Below are positions 12,201 through 24,086 of a DNA stretch of 64,000 bases, piece by piece; the stretch's first letter is position 1; each line of letters begins with the position of its first letter. The DNA comes from Callorhinchus milii. Its lineage: Eukaryota. The position numbers and the translations under genes were made by a program. Under the pieces are notes generated by a model, which was not told where the DNA came from, did no database searches, and saw nothing but the letters and a program-made list of their open reading frames with translations. The stretch spans positions 39,928,001 to 39,992,000 of the forward strand of contig NW_024704746.1 of NCBI RefSeq assembly GCF_018977255.1. Reading direction: 5' to 3'.

Positions 12201-15200
12201 TTCTGGGGCAATAATTCAAGTTTTAAAGGGTCACATGTTATCTCCACTTGTAGTTTTTTTTTAAAGTTATCTTAATAGGTATAATTTGTTGCAACAAGTA
12301 TTATTATTATTAAAGACTAACTCATGAGAGGAATAGATGCAGTAGCAATAGATTGTTTCTTCTCACAAGCAAAACACTTGGATACATCTTTTGAAAACCA
12401 TGCACTACCACATCCAGTAAGTGATTAATTTTTGTCTTGCATTTTCTCAGGTAAATTTCTTGGTCCATGATACACTCATTCCCACTCAAAAATCTAGAAT
12501 TATAATGGAGTGTCCAGTGGATAACGTTTTCACTGTTCACAGACACTACTTAAACATATTATGCATTTACATTTTTACATCTTAAGTTAAATATAATGAA
12601 TGGTCCATAGTAAATTCTGATTCTTTGCAGTTTCTAGATAAACCCTCATTTGAATAATTAGAGGTGATTTGAGGTTGTTAAATTGTCTTTAATAAAATTA
12701 AAAGCTAGAAAATTACCATTATTTGTATGGTTACTAATCGTTCTCTAATGAGTTATTACTTCTTTCTTCTCATCTCCTAACAGTTTGATTATAACCATGG
12801 CTCCGAAATTACCAACATTTGTTCTTTGCAACAACTCCCAAATGAGAAAATAGGACAAAAACAACTAATTATGCCTCTAATCAGATGAATCATTCAAGAA
12901 ATCTTTTATAGAAGCCAATATATGGTTCTGTAATTTTTCTGTTATTTAAAACCTTTACAACCTTCAGGTTGTCATAAGAAACCTCTCATCTGAATTATCG
13001 TTAAAGTCCCTGGATTATTAATAAGCACACTCACTGAAAACAAGAGCTGAACCTTCCTTTGTAATTTGTTTTTCTGGCAGTGCACATGCATGATCTACAC
13101 CTATGCGTATGTAAGGAGAGCTATTGCTAGGTTCAGAGAAAATAAGTACCCAGTATATATCTAGTGTAACCATGGCCCATGAAACTAAATCACAATTTGG
13201 TGTATGCGACTCACTCCAGCCAATTAACTGTAACTGCAACACTGAACATGACAGTCTATGCTTGTTCTTAATCTACTGACAGACAAAGGAAATATTTATA
13301 TTTTTGCACAACTGAGGCAAAATACTCCACTGTCACAAGATCTTGCTTTGCACAGAATTGACAATAAACATATATGAAAAAAAAGTCGCCCTCAAAGGGA
13401 ACAGAATGAACTTTTTTACTCATGATTATAACTAAAGCTTAAGATGGTCCAAAACCCGATTGTCCAGCCCGCCTGTTTCTGTGCTGCATATTCTATGCAA
13501 TTTCCGACGTGAAGGGCGCTATACAAGTGTAATACAAGTGTATACAAGTGTAATTTGTGTATACAAGTGTAATTTGTTATTGTTGTTGTACTTCCATAAT
13601 TATTGACAAGCATTGTTGTATACTAATGTATACTCATTTATTCATTTATTCCATATTCAAAATGCTAATTAATTATTTTTTAAATTCTATAATTTCTCAC
13701 TTTAGCTTCCACGTCATTTTCTACAATGGAGGGTAAACAGGTAGTTGAACTTAGGTTTCTTGTTAACTATGCTCCTGAATCAATCACTTGGATGAATACT
13801 TCGGGCCCCAATGTAGTCACGAGTTTTATCAGCCAGTAAAATCAGACTACAGTATTAGTCTGTGCAAAATGCAAGCCATAAAATGGCAATCAATTTTAGT
13901 TTAAAAATATTATTCAATATAAAGTTGCAAAAATATAATTTTGCATGCAGTAGTTTTAAAAACTAAGCTCCATTGAAGAAGCTTTCACTATTGAAATATT
14001 ACCTTAACTTTGTCATCCATAGTTATATAAACATAGCTGAGTTTAACATTGGCTTTTAGTGACAACTACTGGTAATGTAGAATATTACAGGTCATACCCC
14101 TGACATGACCTACATGCAATGTTCAAAAGAAAATACTGAACCATTTATTTCTAGAATTAATTTACGTAACCCAGCAATTCAGTAGCAATATAAAATGTAT
14201 AAAATAATTTGCCTCTTTTACATGTGAATTTGTATTGTTAAAATTAATAGAAGTGCAAAACATGAATATAAAATAGTCATAAATATAAAATAGTCATCAA
14301 TAAATCAAATAGGGAAGTCAGAAGAAACTTCTTTACCCAGAGAGTGGTGGGAATGTGGAACCTGCTACAAGTAGTTGAGGCAAATAGCATAGATACATTT
14401 AAGGGGAAGCTAGATAAGTACATGAGGGAGAAAGAAATAGAAGGTTACACTGATGGGCTTAGTTGAGGAAGGGTAGGAGGAGGCTCATGTGGAGCATAAA
14501 CACCGGCATAAACCAGTTGGGCTGAGCCGCCTGTTTCTGTGCTGCATATTCTATGCAATTCAATGAATATACTTACTTCTTTCCAGTATTTCTGTAATTC
14601 CAGCATTATCTGCTTCAAGCTCCATTTTAAATTTGGCAAGCTCTTGGTCCAACTTTCGTAAATGTCTATCCACCTGTTAATGCAAGCACAAAACACTGTA
14701 TAGAACCCAAGTGCAAAGTAGGGTAAACAAAATGAAAATCACATTAAATGCACTTGGTTTCTAGATGTGTACCTGTGGAACTTCACCACAACATGAGGAA
14801 CTACTTTCAGGAGAAGAGGCATTTTTTAAAAAAAAACAGGAGAGAACAGAATCCAAAAATCATCATGTAAAATTTTTACCAAAGACAAATTCAAATTAAA
14901 ACTGAATGAAAATTTTTTTTTATTTTAATTACTTTCTTTAATTCTATTTCATTTACACCTACTTACCAAATCATAAATTTGGTTGGCTAACTGGACTTTT
15001 TCATCCGCATCTTCCAAAGCTTTATAATAATCCTATAAAAAGATTTATATGAAAGTTATGAAATGATTTAATATGGAAACAAAATAAACAAACATACAGT
15101 ACAATCAAAGTAAAGGCAAGATCACTGCTTTTCCTTTGAAATGTTACATAGTATAGACAAACTACTTGGTCTGTAATTACCAACAAATAGTTTTCCAATG

Positions 15201-17360
15201 GCTATTTTGTTTATTGTTAAGTTATTCTTAAACACAATTTACCAAAAGTAAACATTTAGATGATCTAAGGTTTCATGTTGCCCAACTGTTTAACTTCAAT
15301 AATGCAATAAAGATTCAATTTTTCAACCACTATCTACAATTTAAATAAATACAAACAAATATAGGAGAAAATCTGTTTTGCTCCTCATGTATAATTTCTG
15401 AGATATGGATAGCTGGAAACAGTCTAACATTCCTTCAATTAAGCTAGATTGACATTGTAAATGTTATACAGAAGTAATTTGTATCTATGCAAAACTAACA
15501 ATTTTATTCAGATTAAACAAACAGGTTTTTCCAACATTATCTTGGAAAATTAAATAAATCCAAGTTTATAAATTAAACTTTCAACAAGGTCTTAGTTCCA
15601 TGATAAAAACACCTTTTTAATTGCTTCCATTTGTTCATCTCTCCATTCTGGCTTATTCTTTTTTGCATTCACAAAAAACTCATTCACCCTTTGTTCTAAC
15701 TGGTCCATTGCATCTGTGTGGGAAAAAAACGTTTTTAAACATGTTTAAATGTTTGTTGCACTGCATGTTCAAAAAATATTGCATTCGTTTGATTTGTTTA
15801 CAGATCTATCATTGATGTTGGAAACAGACAGATTAGACTAATTAACGTCAAACCTTATGAACACCAAAGTAATTGAGTTACGCGGATTTAGCTCACTGAG
15901 GTTTGAATTGCTATGTAATATCAAAGCTACAGGCATATGCTTTTTGAAACTTATTGAAAAGTTTAAACTGCATCACCATCATGCTGATGACACAGGACAG
16001 ACACCCATGCCCAGTCTTAATCCAAAATATGCAGAGATGCGCAATTGCCATTTAAGTACAGTACTGCAATTGGAGTCCAATGAATTTAGAATTACTATAC
16101 ATATTTTAAATGCAACTATCCATTTTGTTGTGACTTCCCACATTGTCAAGTCATCCAAGCAGGTCCACCGCGTGGCTTTCTTCCTGGCACCGCATTTGTA
16201 GGAGGACACAGCAGCTAACGTTGCGCGCAGCAATGTCAGAAAACATAAAGTGATTGATTGAACGGTTTGATCTGGGCTGTCGATCAGGGACAAGGGTAGA
16301 AACTCCCTTCTCTTTTTGAGAAACGTACTTTCTTTTTGTTGCTGCCCTCAAGAGAAACGTTTTCGACTCGCTCAATCGCACTTTTTTTATTAAAAAAAAA
16401 CACCCAAAATGTTATTTGCAGCCATTCGGAGTACTTTCTCAAAGAGAGAGAAAAGAAGATTAAAAAGAAAAAAAAAAGCAGCAGCCAACACGGTGTTCGG
16501 TGGGTGCAATCGACCTGTTGCTATGACCCGTTGCTAAGACGCTTTTGGTGCCGGGACGTGTCCACACCAATTCAGGACAACGCACACACACACACACACA
16601 CACAACAAGAACAAACCCCTCTCCTCTCTCCTCTCTCAAAACATATTATTTTTTTCAAAAAAAAAAGCCCCGAACGGCTGCAAATAAAATTTTTTGGGGG
16701 TTTTTTTTCAAAAAAAAGTGCAAATCCAGCGAGTCAAACGTTTCTTTTTGACGGCAACAACCGCCCAAAAATAAAAGTTAACAGCGAACGAAGAAAGACC
16801 GAGCATTTCGCGGCTGAGTGTATAACTTGCAGTGGGGTCGGGAATAAAGAGAGAAAGTACGGGGGGTGGGGAAAAAAAACACAATAAGATGATGATGATG
16901 ACCATAATTAATAAAATGATTAAAAAGCGTCCGCTGTCGGCGCAGTCTCGGGCGGTGCTGCGCGCGCGCGCGCGCACGTCAAACAACAACAACAACAACA
17001 ACGACGCCACCACCTACTCTGCACTTGCAGGTCCATCTCCCTCATTTCCGTGAACCTATCGCGGAGATCCATGGGAAGCTGCTCGATCACTGGTGTGGCG
17101 AGAAGAGAGAAAAGATGAGAGAGAGAAAAAAAAACTACCCAAGAGGCGGAAACACACGACGAGCGTCAGTCAAATTCGGGCAATGGCGGAAACGAGCAGA
17201 GAGAGAGAGAGAGAAAAAAATTTAAATCCCGCCCCCCAACCGCCGCATCTTTTCTTCCTTATATATATGGAGAGGAAAAAAAACAAACGGCGCCTTATTT
17301 TGCCAAATATCTGCCCGGCTCTCGATACTCACTCTCCAAGTAATCCTCCAAGTACAACAT
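6177..17360 (-). CDS. ING3: Inhibitor of growth protein 3 (PHD-finger NuA4/Tip60 subunit), complete 12-exon CDS, 413 aa
   Basis: Spliced join of 17333-17360, 17018-17089, 15613-15713, 14967-15032, 14577-14673, 11802-11873, 10725-10841, 10430-10593, 9303-9490, 7212-7392, 6458-6496, 6177-6293 = 1242 nt. All introns are GT-AG and phases are consistent. Translates [33 protein letters not shown]...[64 protein letters not shown], recognisable as vertebrate ING3. Confidence 0.98.
6458..6496 (-). CDS. ING3: ING3 exon 11 ([13 protein letters not shown])
   Basis: tag acceptor, GTAAGT donor, 39 bp. Confidence 0.96.
7212..7392 (-). CDS. ING3: ING3 exon 10 (poly-Ser tract to start of PHD: ...[16 protein letters not shown])
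   Basis: cag acceptor, GTATGT donor, 181 bp. Confidence 0.96.
7979..8290 (+). mobile_element. Young full-length tRNA-Ala-derived SINE
   Basis: A box TAGCTCAGTGG, B-box-like GTTCAATTCC, Deu-like body, (ATT)n tail; near-identical to copies at 8599, 22102, 26504. Confidence 0.93.
8599..8932 (-). mobile_element. Young full-length tRNA-Ala-derived SINE (inverted)
   Basis: Reverse complement of the 7979/26504 element. Confidence 0.93.
9303..9490 (-). CDS. ING3: ING3 exon 9 ([24 protein letters not shown]...DSRSGRKN)
   Basis: aag acceptor, GTATGT donor, 188 bp. Confidence 0.96.
9650..9915 (-). mobile_element. L2 LINE fragment
   Basis: Minus strand encodes ILAQLHWLP, the LHWLP motif of the L2 ORF2 C-terminus. 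Confidence 0.7.
10430..10593 (-). CDS. ING3: ING3 exon 8 ([11 protein letters not shown]...[15 protein letters not shown])
   Basis: cag acceptor, GTAGTT donor, 164 bp. Confidence 0.96.
10725..10841 (-). CDS. ING3: ING3 exon 7 ([39 protein letters not shown])
   Basis: cag acceptor, GTATTC donor, 117 bp. Confidence 0.96.
11802..11873 (-). CDS. ING3: ING3 exon 6 ([24 protein letters not shown])
   Basis: cag acceptor, GTAAGT donor, 72 bp. Confidence 0.96.
14300..14561 (+). mobile_element. CR1 LINE 3' end
   Basis: Encodes [16 protein letters not shown]-like CR1 ORF2 end; 3' UTR ending cctgtttctgtgctgcatattctatgcaattc. Confidence 0.85.
14577..14673 (-). CDS. ING3: ING3 exon 5 ([32 protein letters not shown])
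   Basis: cag acceptor, GTAAGT donor, 97 bp. Confidence 0.97.
14967..15032 (-). CDS. ING3: ING3 exon 4 ([22 protein letters not shown])
   Basis: tag acceptor, GTAAGT donor, 66 bp. Confidence 0.97.
15613..15713 (-). CDS. ING3: ING3 exon 3 ([34 protein letters not shown])
   Basis: AG/GT boundaries, 101 bp, in phase. Confidence 0.97.
16959..17002. repeat. (GC)8 alternating tract plus (AAC)n
   Basis: tgcgcgcgcgcgcgcgcacgt followed by aaacaacaac... in ING3 intron 2. Confidence 0.9.
17018..17089 (-). CDS. ING3: ING3 exon 2 ([24 protein letters not shown])
   Basis: cag acceptor, GTAGGT donor, 72 bp. Confidence 0.97.
17333..17360 (-). CDS. ING3: ING3 coding exon 1 (MLYLEDYLE)
   Basis: ATG at 17360-17358, donor GTGAGT, inside a CpG island. 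Confidence 0.96.
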
Positions 17361-18884
17361 GCTTGCGGTCGGACGAGCGGCGGCGGCTTTCCTTCCTTTA
17401 AGCGCCTTGTTTGCGAAGGGTTTCAAGATGGCGTCCCGAGCCCAGCGCCGCTCGTTTCGAACATCGAGTATTTTTTTTAAAAAAAATTTGTTTTCTTCAA
17501 CCGTCCGGCTCCGGAACGCGCGGCCGCCACGTGACGGCGACCGCCTCTTCCGATTGGGCAGCGCTCCCCCACCCCGCTCTCGTCTTTTGTGACGCTGCTG
17601 ATGATGACGACAACAGGTCTCTCTTCCCTCCCCCCCCCCCCCCCCCCCACTCCCAACACTCTCTCACTGCCAACCATCGCGATCCCTCCCCCTCCCCCGG
17701 GGTCTGTCGGGAGGTGTAGTTGCTTGTAGCCACCCGCTCTCTGCCATCGCCGGGCATCCCGGGAGATGCAGTTCCCCACGGCTGCTCTCGTCTTCGACGC
17801 CTCGCAGGAGCTCCGGCGCGCGCAGCCCCACGCGATGGCTTTCGGAATGTTCGGAAAAGGCAACGTTGTTGGCGCGTTCTGTGGGTTTCTGTGCATTTTC
17901 GTAACGAAACATGTCCCATTTTGATTTTAATGACCTAAATGGTTATATTTCATCTAATATTAAGTTGCACCCGCAAAGTCCGCAGTCACTCCACTTCACA
18001 GATATTTTCTGTAAAGTGCTTCGAGACGTCTCACAGACTTGATGAGGCGTTATGTCGAATGCAAAGATTATTATTATTATGTATTAATTTCCTGCTGCCT
18101 TGTTTGGCATCCAGAAATGTTGCCCTCTTCCAAGAGAGCCTGCACCCCTTTGGGGCTGAAAATTTCACCTTGTCTTAGCTCCTGCAACCGTTCGGGCTTA
18201 ATATTTTAATATTGCGCAGCAGTTGTGGGACAATTTCTTAAATTTCAATTTTGATTTGTGATTTTTCTTAAAACCAAATGTGTTGACACAATGCGCAGTC
18301 ACTACACTTTTTTAAAAAGTAAATCCTGTTTAGGCGCTTTGTGACGTACTTCCAACGTGAGCAGTCGAGGTGAATGAATTACTTGTTTTAAGTCAGCATC
18401 TTCCATAATTATGCATATACTTAAAGTTTAGGATAAAATGGGTCTTAACATGTCAAGATCCAGTAGGAAGTTTGAGCCCCTTATTTTTATACTTTAGAAT
18501 TTGGTGTAATTGTACCTACTCTGGTGAACTCCCAGTAGATCAATACAGATTTTATGCTAATTTGAGGGAAATAGAGGACAAAAGAAGTCTTCAGGAACTA
18601 CTTAGAAAATGCTATGCTTCATTTGGGCATTACAAGCTTACAAGCGATTTGGGAAAACATGCTCTTAGAAATATATTGTAAGCATTTTGCAATAATCAAT
18701 TTAATTATTTATCGCTCTGCCTCAAACTCAGTATGTTGTTTGGGATATTTCTAAAATGTAAAGCATTGTTGCCAATTGAAGTGATTAAAATGTCCATTTA
18801 ACCTACCTTAAATACAAAGCATGGGTCAATGTGTAACAAGGATTATTAAATACTACATTGCAATTTAACTCAACAACTCAACAC

Positions 18885-19000
18885 ACCCCAGCACTGCATT
18901 GGAGCGCCAGCCTATGTGAGTTCAAAGTCCAGACATGGGACTTGAACCCATAACCTTCTGACTCAGAAGCGAGAGTACAACCAACTGAGCCAGGCTGATA
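18885..19000 (-). mobile_element. DeuSINE-type tRNA head fragment
   Basis: Reverse complement of cagcctggctcagttgg...gggttcaagtccc seen at 51143. Confidence 0.65.
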
Positions 19001-21694
19001 TTTGCCAAGGAAATATGTCATGGTCAGTATGACTCCCTAATCTAAATTCACCCTTGTGATTCAACAACAACAACAACAACAACAAGATTCCATTTATAGA
19101 GCGCCTTTCACGTCAGGAGGACGTCCCAAGGCGCTGCACAGGGGATCTTCATGAGAAGGGATCTTCCCCTATTTCCCCTGCTTTTAATATTCAAATATGA
19201 AGTAGGAAGAGCAAGCTAGAACAAAGCAAACATCCACATTGTTTGTACCTCTAGTTCTTTATTTATTCTGTGAGAAACAATTCATTTCACAACTAGATAA
19301 TGTTATTTCACTCCAGCTTCTATCAGGAATATAAAGCTGGTTGACTTCCCAAGAGTACGAACAAATTTAAAGCAGGATATTATTGAATAATAATAATAAT
19401 AGTCTTCACATTTGATATAGCAAGTTTTATTGTGTCTTCGGGACATCTCAATGTGCTTCACAGAATGCACTGTAAAGTGAATCTCCAGATATGAGTATGA
19501 AAATGAATTCTCGTCTACGTATTTTCAACATTTCTTCCAAATCTGTTGAAATAATACTGATCCTAACATTTACAAAGATTATTTCACATCAGAAGGATGT
19601 CTCAAAGAGCTTCACGGGATTTACCATAAAATAAAACAAAGATAGGCTTAAAACATAAATTACATTAATATCAGACTTTGATGTTCATCCTGCATTGGCT
19701 CACATACACATTGCCTTGTGTGCGCAATTGGCTGTCATGTTTTGCCCCAAAAATATACAGTCAATTCACTTTTTCAGTATATCCTGTGAAGACGTGATAA
19801 GGCACTGTATCAAATGCAAGGATAATTATTATTATATTTAAATTAACCACCTAACAGTTATTAATTTGCCGGCAAGATAATGTTCTGTCATTACTTAAAA
19901 TCAATGTAAACAGCCATTTTGATTTCGCAGCTACTGATTGATGCCAGTTAAAATAGATTTCTTTTGGTAACTAACTTTTGAAAGGCACAGAGCAATGCAC
20001 AAAATACAATATCTACCACTGTTTACAAAATGACATAATTCTATTTATTTCTGGCTTATCGATCTTGAGCATTCAATCTCAGAGTTCTCAAAGATTGCTT
20101 TGTGTGCAAAGATTTTTTCTTCCAGCCTTTGCTTATTTCAGCCCAAGGGTTCTCGTCTTGAATTGGCAAGTAAATGAAACTTGGGCTAACATATCCTTCA
20201 ATTTCCCCCTTTTACTTGTGGCAATGCACTAAACTCTGCTCAAGATACTCCTGCAACCTGTTGACGGTGCAATGATTATTATAATACTGAAATGTAGTAC
20301 AGATCACTACAAGAAAAAGTGTAACCTAGTAAGTCATGGTTGTTTTAATGACTTCCGTATACTGTTTGCATTGGGAACATGTGTTAAAAAATGATCAGAA
20401 AATGTAGGTAGTGAAAAATTTGCCCCTTAAGGTTTAGTAATAACCCATCAAGATTTCTGCAGACGCCACCAAAAATAAATGAGATTTTTTTTGCAGATTT
20501 CCACTGATCCAAATAACCTTAGCACAAAACTTGCATCCCAAAATTGGGTTTGTCATTATGATTTCTACAAGTTTATCATGCTACCATAAATTGTGATCAT
20601 AACTAAATAATAATAAAAAGTAATCCATACATTTGATGTAGCACCTTATTACATTGTTGAGACATCTCAAAGCGGTTCACTGCATATACTGGAAAGTGGA
20701 TTGACCGAAATGTGCAGCCAGTTACGTACAGCAAAGTCCCACAAACAACCATGGATGAGTGAACAATTTTATTTGGGGGATTGTTGGTCAGGACATTGGG
20801 AGAAAATCCTTTGTTCCCAGGTCATTCGGGGTTTGCCTTTTTAATCTTAGATCATCAATTTTAAACTATTGCCTTATCAGTAGTGTGAAATGTTACTTAG
20901 ACCTTTTGAATTCTGTATCTGATAAGTGTATGATCATGTATCTGGTTTATGATTTAATTGCTTTATGTAACTGAGGAAACGACTGGTTGCTGTGGGCAAA
21001 ATAAACAGCAGATTGGACCCCATTCATTATGTTTATATCTTGTGAGAACAATCCAAACACACACCATAGACTCTTTCAGCTGCCTCACTGCTTGAGTTGT
21101 GTAACAACTGCCTGTTTCTTAGTTGCTGATTGATAAATTAATCTATTAGCCAGAGGTTCTTCTTTCCGTCAAAATGAGAAATCAGAAATTAAACATGTTT
21201 TTACGTTTATAACATTTAATACAATTTACACAGAATTGCAGACCTTGACACTTTATGGCTCATAGCACCGCTGTCCCTAAATAAAATAATCCTTGCATTA
21301 TATGTAGCACTTTTCAAATCAGGAAGATGTCTAAAGCAATTTACAGGATACATTGTAAATTGTTCTTTTTATGCATTTTGTAGTCAGAGTAAGCTCAAGG
21401 TCCCAACGTGGGGCCAACTCAGAGGCGCGAGTGCTATCAACTCAGTCAACATGACACCCTATGAATATTGGGTCTATCTGACATTGTATCAGTGCTCCTG
21501 CTTTTCCCCCAAAATACATGGAACAGCAGGGGATGGCAAACTTGATCTAAATCCGGGACAGTCTTTAGATAGGAGAGACAAGGAAACAAAAATACAAAAA
21601 AATATAAAAATACATATGACCTTATACATACCAGTGAATGAATTGAGAATTGTTTTGCTGCAGACTTCTGTATTTTTGCTTATATCAATAATAA

Positions 21695-22070
21695 TATAAT
21701 AATCCTTCTATTTAATATACAGCTACTTTCACATCGGCAGGACGTCTCAAAGCACTTCACAGGATTTACTATAAACTGCAGTGTCCGTGTATTTTGTAGT
21801 CGGATGCATCAACCAATTTGCGCACAGCAGTATCCTGCAAGCAGCCATGAAGTGAATGAAATGACCAGTTTTACCTGTGGGTGGGGGTGGGGGGGGATTG
21901 CTATCAGGAGTTCGGGAAGGGGGAGAAACTCCCTTCTCTTTTCCGAGTAGCCCAAATGGGATCGTCATATTACGTTATACAGTCGAAGGAGCGATCAGGC
22001 ACTATTGCAAATGCAAGGATTATTATTATTATTATTATTATTTAACGTCCACTTGAACAGGCAGATTGGG
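21695..22070 (-). mobile_element. Older DeuSINE interrupted by a + strand SINE/L2 tail (about 21985-22042)
   Basis: Reverse-complement tail and Deu-like body; resumes with taacgtccacttgaacaggcag after the inserted tail. Confidence 0.65.
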
Positions 22071-22101
22071 AAAACGTATTATTATTATTAGTAGTATTAT
22101 T

Positions 22102-22437
22102 TGGAGTCCTGTAGCTCAGTGGTTAGAGCACTCGCTTTGCAAGCGAGAGACCTGAGTTCAATTCCAGGCAGAGGGCGAAACCTTGGGCAAGTTTCCTTAC
22201 TCCACACAGAGCCCTAATAATAATCCCTCCTAAACCAAAAAACAATAATAAAATTGGTCATTTTCAATCCATGACTGTTTGTGGGACACCGCTGTGCGCA
22301 ATTGGCTGCCGCGTTCGCCCACAAATATACAGTCAATTCGCTTTACAGTGTGTTCCGTGAAGCGCTTTGGGACGTCCCTCCCGACGTGAAGAGCGCTGTT
22401 TCAAATGCAAGGATTATTATTATTATTATTATTATTA
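22102..22437 (+). mobile_element. Young full-length tRNA-Ala-derived SINE
   Basis: Intact anticodon arm CTCGC-TTTGCAA-GCGAG, (ATT)n tail. Confidence 0.93.
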
Positions 22438-22484
22438 CTATTATATTTTGTTGTTGTATTGGCAGATGGGAATTGTGGGGTTCA

Positions 22485-23460
22485 TGACCCGCGGGGGGAG
22501 GGGAGGGAGGGTTGGTTAACCTGCTGGTGGGGCAGAGCAGGGCAGGGGCGGGGGTGAGGGAGGGCGCTGCTGCCTGTGTGAGGGAATGGGGGGGTTCCCA
22601 CGGTTGGGCTCTGACTCCGGCACTTATTCCTCCGACGAAAGGAAAGTGCAAAGGATCGGAAACCGCAGGAGCATCCGGAGTGGCCGTGACGCCGCTCCTC
22701 CTTCTCTTCCCATCTCCTCTCCTCCCCAATCTAAAGTGAGTTGGAAAAGTTTGCTTTGCTTTGCAAAGTGTTTTTTTTGTGTGTGTGTGTGTGGGTGGGT
22801 GGGTGGCGGAGGGGGAGAGGTGGGGGGGGGTGGTGTTTGTGGACATAAATTTCGGAGGCTGTGGGATTGCAATGCACTGCACTGCACCCGCCCCTTCCTC
22901 TTCATGAGGCGACTCCAGTAATTGTGCGAGTGATCAATTGCGTGTCACTCACTCACTTACTCACTCACTCACTGATGCATAAGTAGAGGGTCGTCACCCA
23001 ATGCAACAAAAGCAAAAAGGTGTGGAGTGGGGGAGTGGGGGAGGAGAGAGAGAGAGAACGACAAAAAGAAAGCCCCTCCACATAGGAAGCATTTCAGTGT
23101 GAGCTGCTGCGGGGATCGACGGTCGGGTTTTACGAGCCACCGAGACCCCGGTGGATGAGTAACGAAGCCGGAGAGGAGGAACCGCTCACGCGGGTTATTC
23201 ATTATTCAGCACCGGGGCTGCCCCGTGTTGTGCCCACTTCACGCTGCTGAGATTTAAGTGCAGTTGAGGGGGGAAAAAGTGCCAACACACCCAGGGCTTT
23301 CTTCTTCTTCTTTTTCTTCTTCTTCTTCTTCTTCTTCTTCTTCTTCTTCTCCCACCTTTACAATTCGGATTAACGTGGAAGTACTTCGCGACTGAACACA
23401 CACACACACACACCTGGTCTGAGGTAGGGCGCAAGTTTGCATTGGGGAGACGTCTCAGTG
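22485..23460 (+). promoter_or_regulatory. TSPAN12 GC-rich promoter / non-coding first exon region
   Basis: CpG-containing, G-run-rich segment with GC boxes (GGGGCGGGG near 22545) about 0.6-1.6 kb upstream of the TSPAN12 ATG exon. Confidence 0.7.
23297..23350 (+). repeat. (TTC)n microsatellite
   Basis: About 18 TTC units with one TTT interruption. Confidence 0.95.
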
Positions 23461-23556
23461 CATGGGTTGAGGATTGTGTGTGTGTGTGTATATGTGTATA
23501 TGTGTGTGTGTGTATATTTATATATACTTTTAACTATTTTTTTTGCTATTTGACAG

Positions 23557-23597
23557 TGAAAACAAAATTGAAATCGAAATGGACCTCAGACAGGCAG
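23557..23597 (+). other. TSPAN12: Candidate 5'-UTR exon of TSPAN12
   Basis: Polypyrimidine tract plus GACAG acceptor ending 23556 and strong CAG|GTAAGG donor at 23598; next acceptor TGCAG ends 24015. Confidence 0.5.
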
Positions 23598-24086
23598 GTA
23601 AGGTGCGCTTAAGCCATATATATATACCTAAGCCATATGTATATCATATATATATATATATATATATAAATGCCACACCACCAGATCTGCTTGGGTGACA
23701 ATTTTAGAAAGAGTTTGGCAAAGTAGGATGACAGATCGTGTGGTCGGGGCAAAAGCAGACCCTCTAGTGCACACCAGTCTTGACACAGAAGGGGTATTTC
23801 GTTTCAAAGTATATTTTTTTTTGAAAAAAAGCTCATCGAAATGCTATCAAGAAAGTCAACACGATGGGAGTTTTGTAAATAAATAACCAAACAAATAAAT
23901 CCAACACACACACATACACACACCTTTAGCTTGCCACCCAACATGCTGAATGCCATACTAGCCAAGTGGCTCTCGTTTTAAGGGATATTTTAATCTTATT
24001 TTCTTTCGTGTGCAGGTGGTTGTGAAAAAATGCTCTGTCCCTGAAGCACCAAGGATGGAGTCAGTCGTTATTCATCTTGATTCAGA

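Larger units (their letters stand above)
16480..17900 (-). promoter_or_regulatory. ING3 CpG island / promoter
   Basis: CpG-rich against an AT-rich background. YY1-type CAAGATGGCG at 17424-17433, E-box CACGTGAC at 17528-17535, ATTGG (CCAAT on -) at 17553-17557, poly-C tract about 17629-17648. Confidence 0.8.

Noticed and set aside
16336-17938. Long ORFs of 100-183 aa on both strands
   Set aside because: By-products of the GC-rich, low-complexity ING3 CpG island and introns; no recognisable domains
22103-22175. tRNA-Ala(TGC)-like sequence, also at 7981, 8930 and 26506
   Set aside because: No 3' acceptor strand, and it continues into a SINE body and tail; these are SINE heads, not tRNA genes
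23205-23225. TTCAGCACC RE1 half-site, also at about 58432
   Set aside because: Right half GGACAG is missing
22343-23442. ORFs up to 179 aa with poly-R, poly-E and poly-I
   Set aside because: Translations of microsatellites, SINE tail and promoter G-runs
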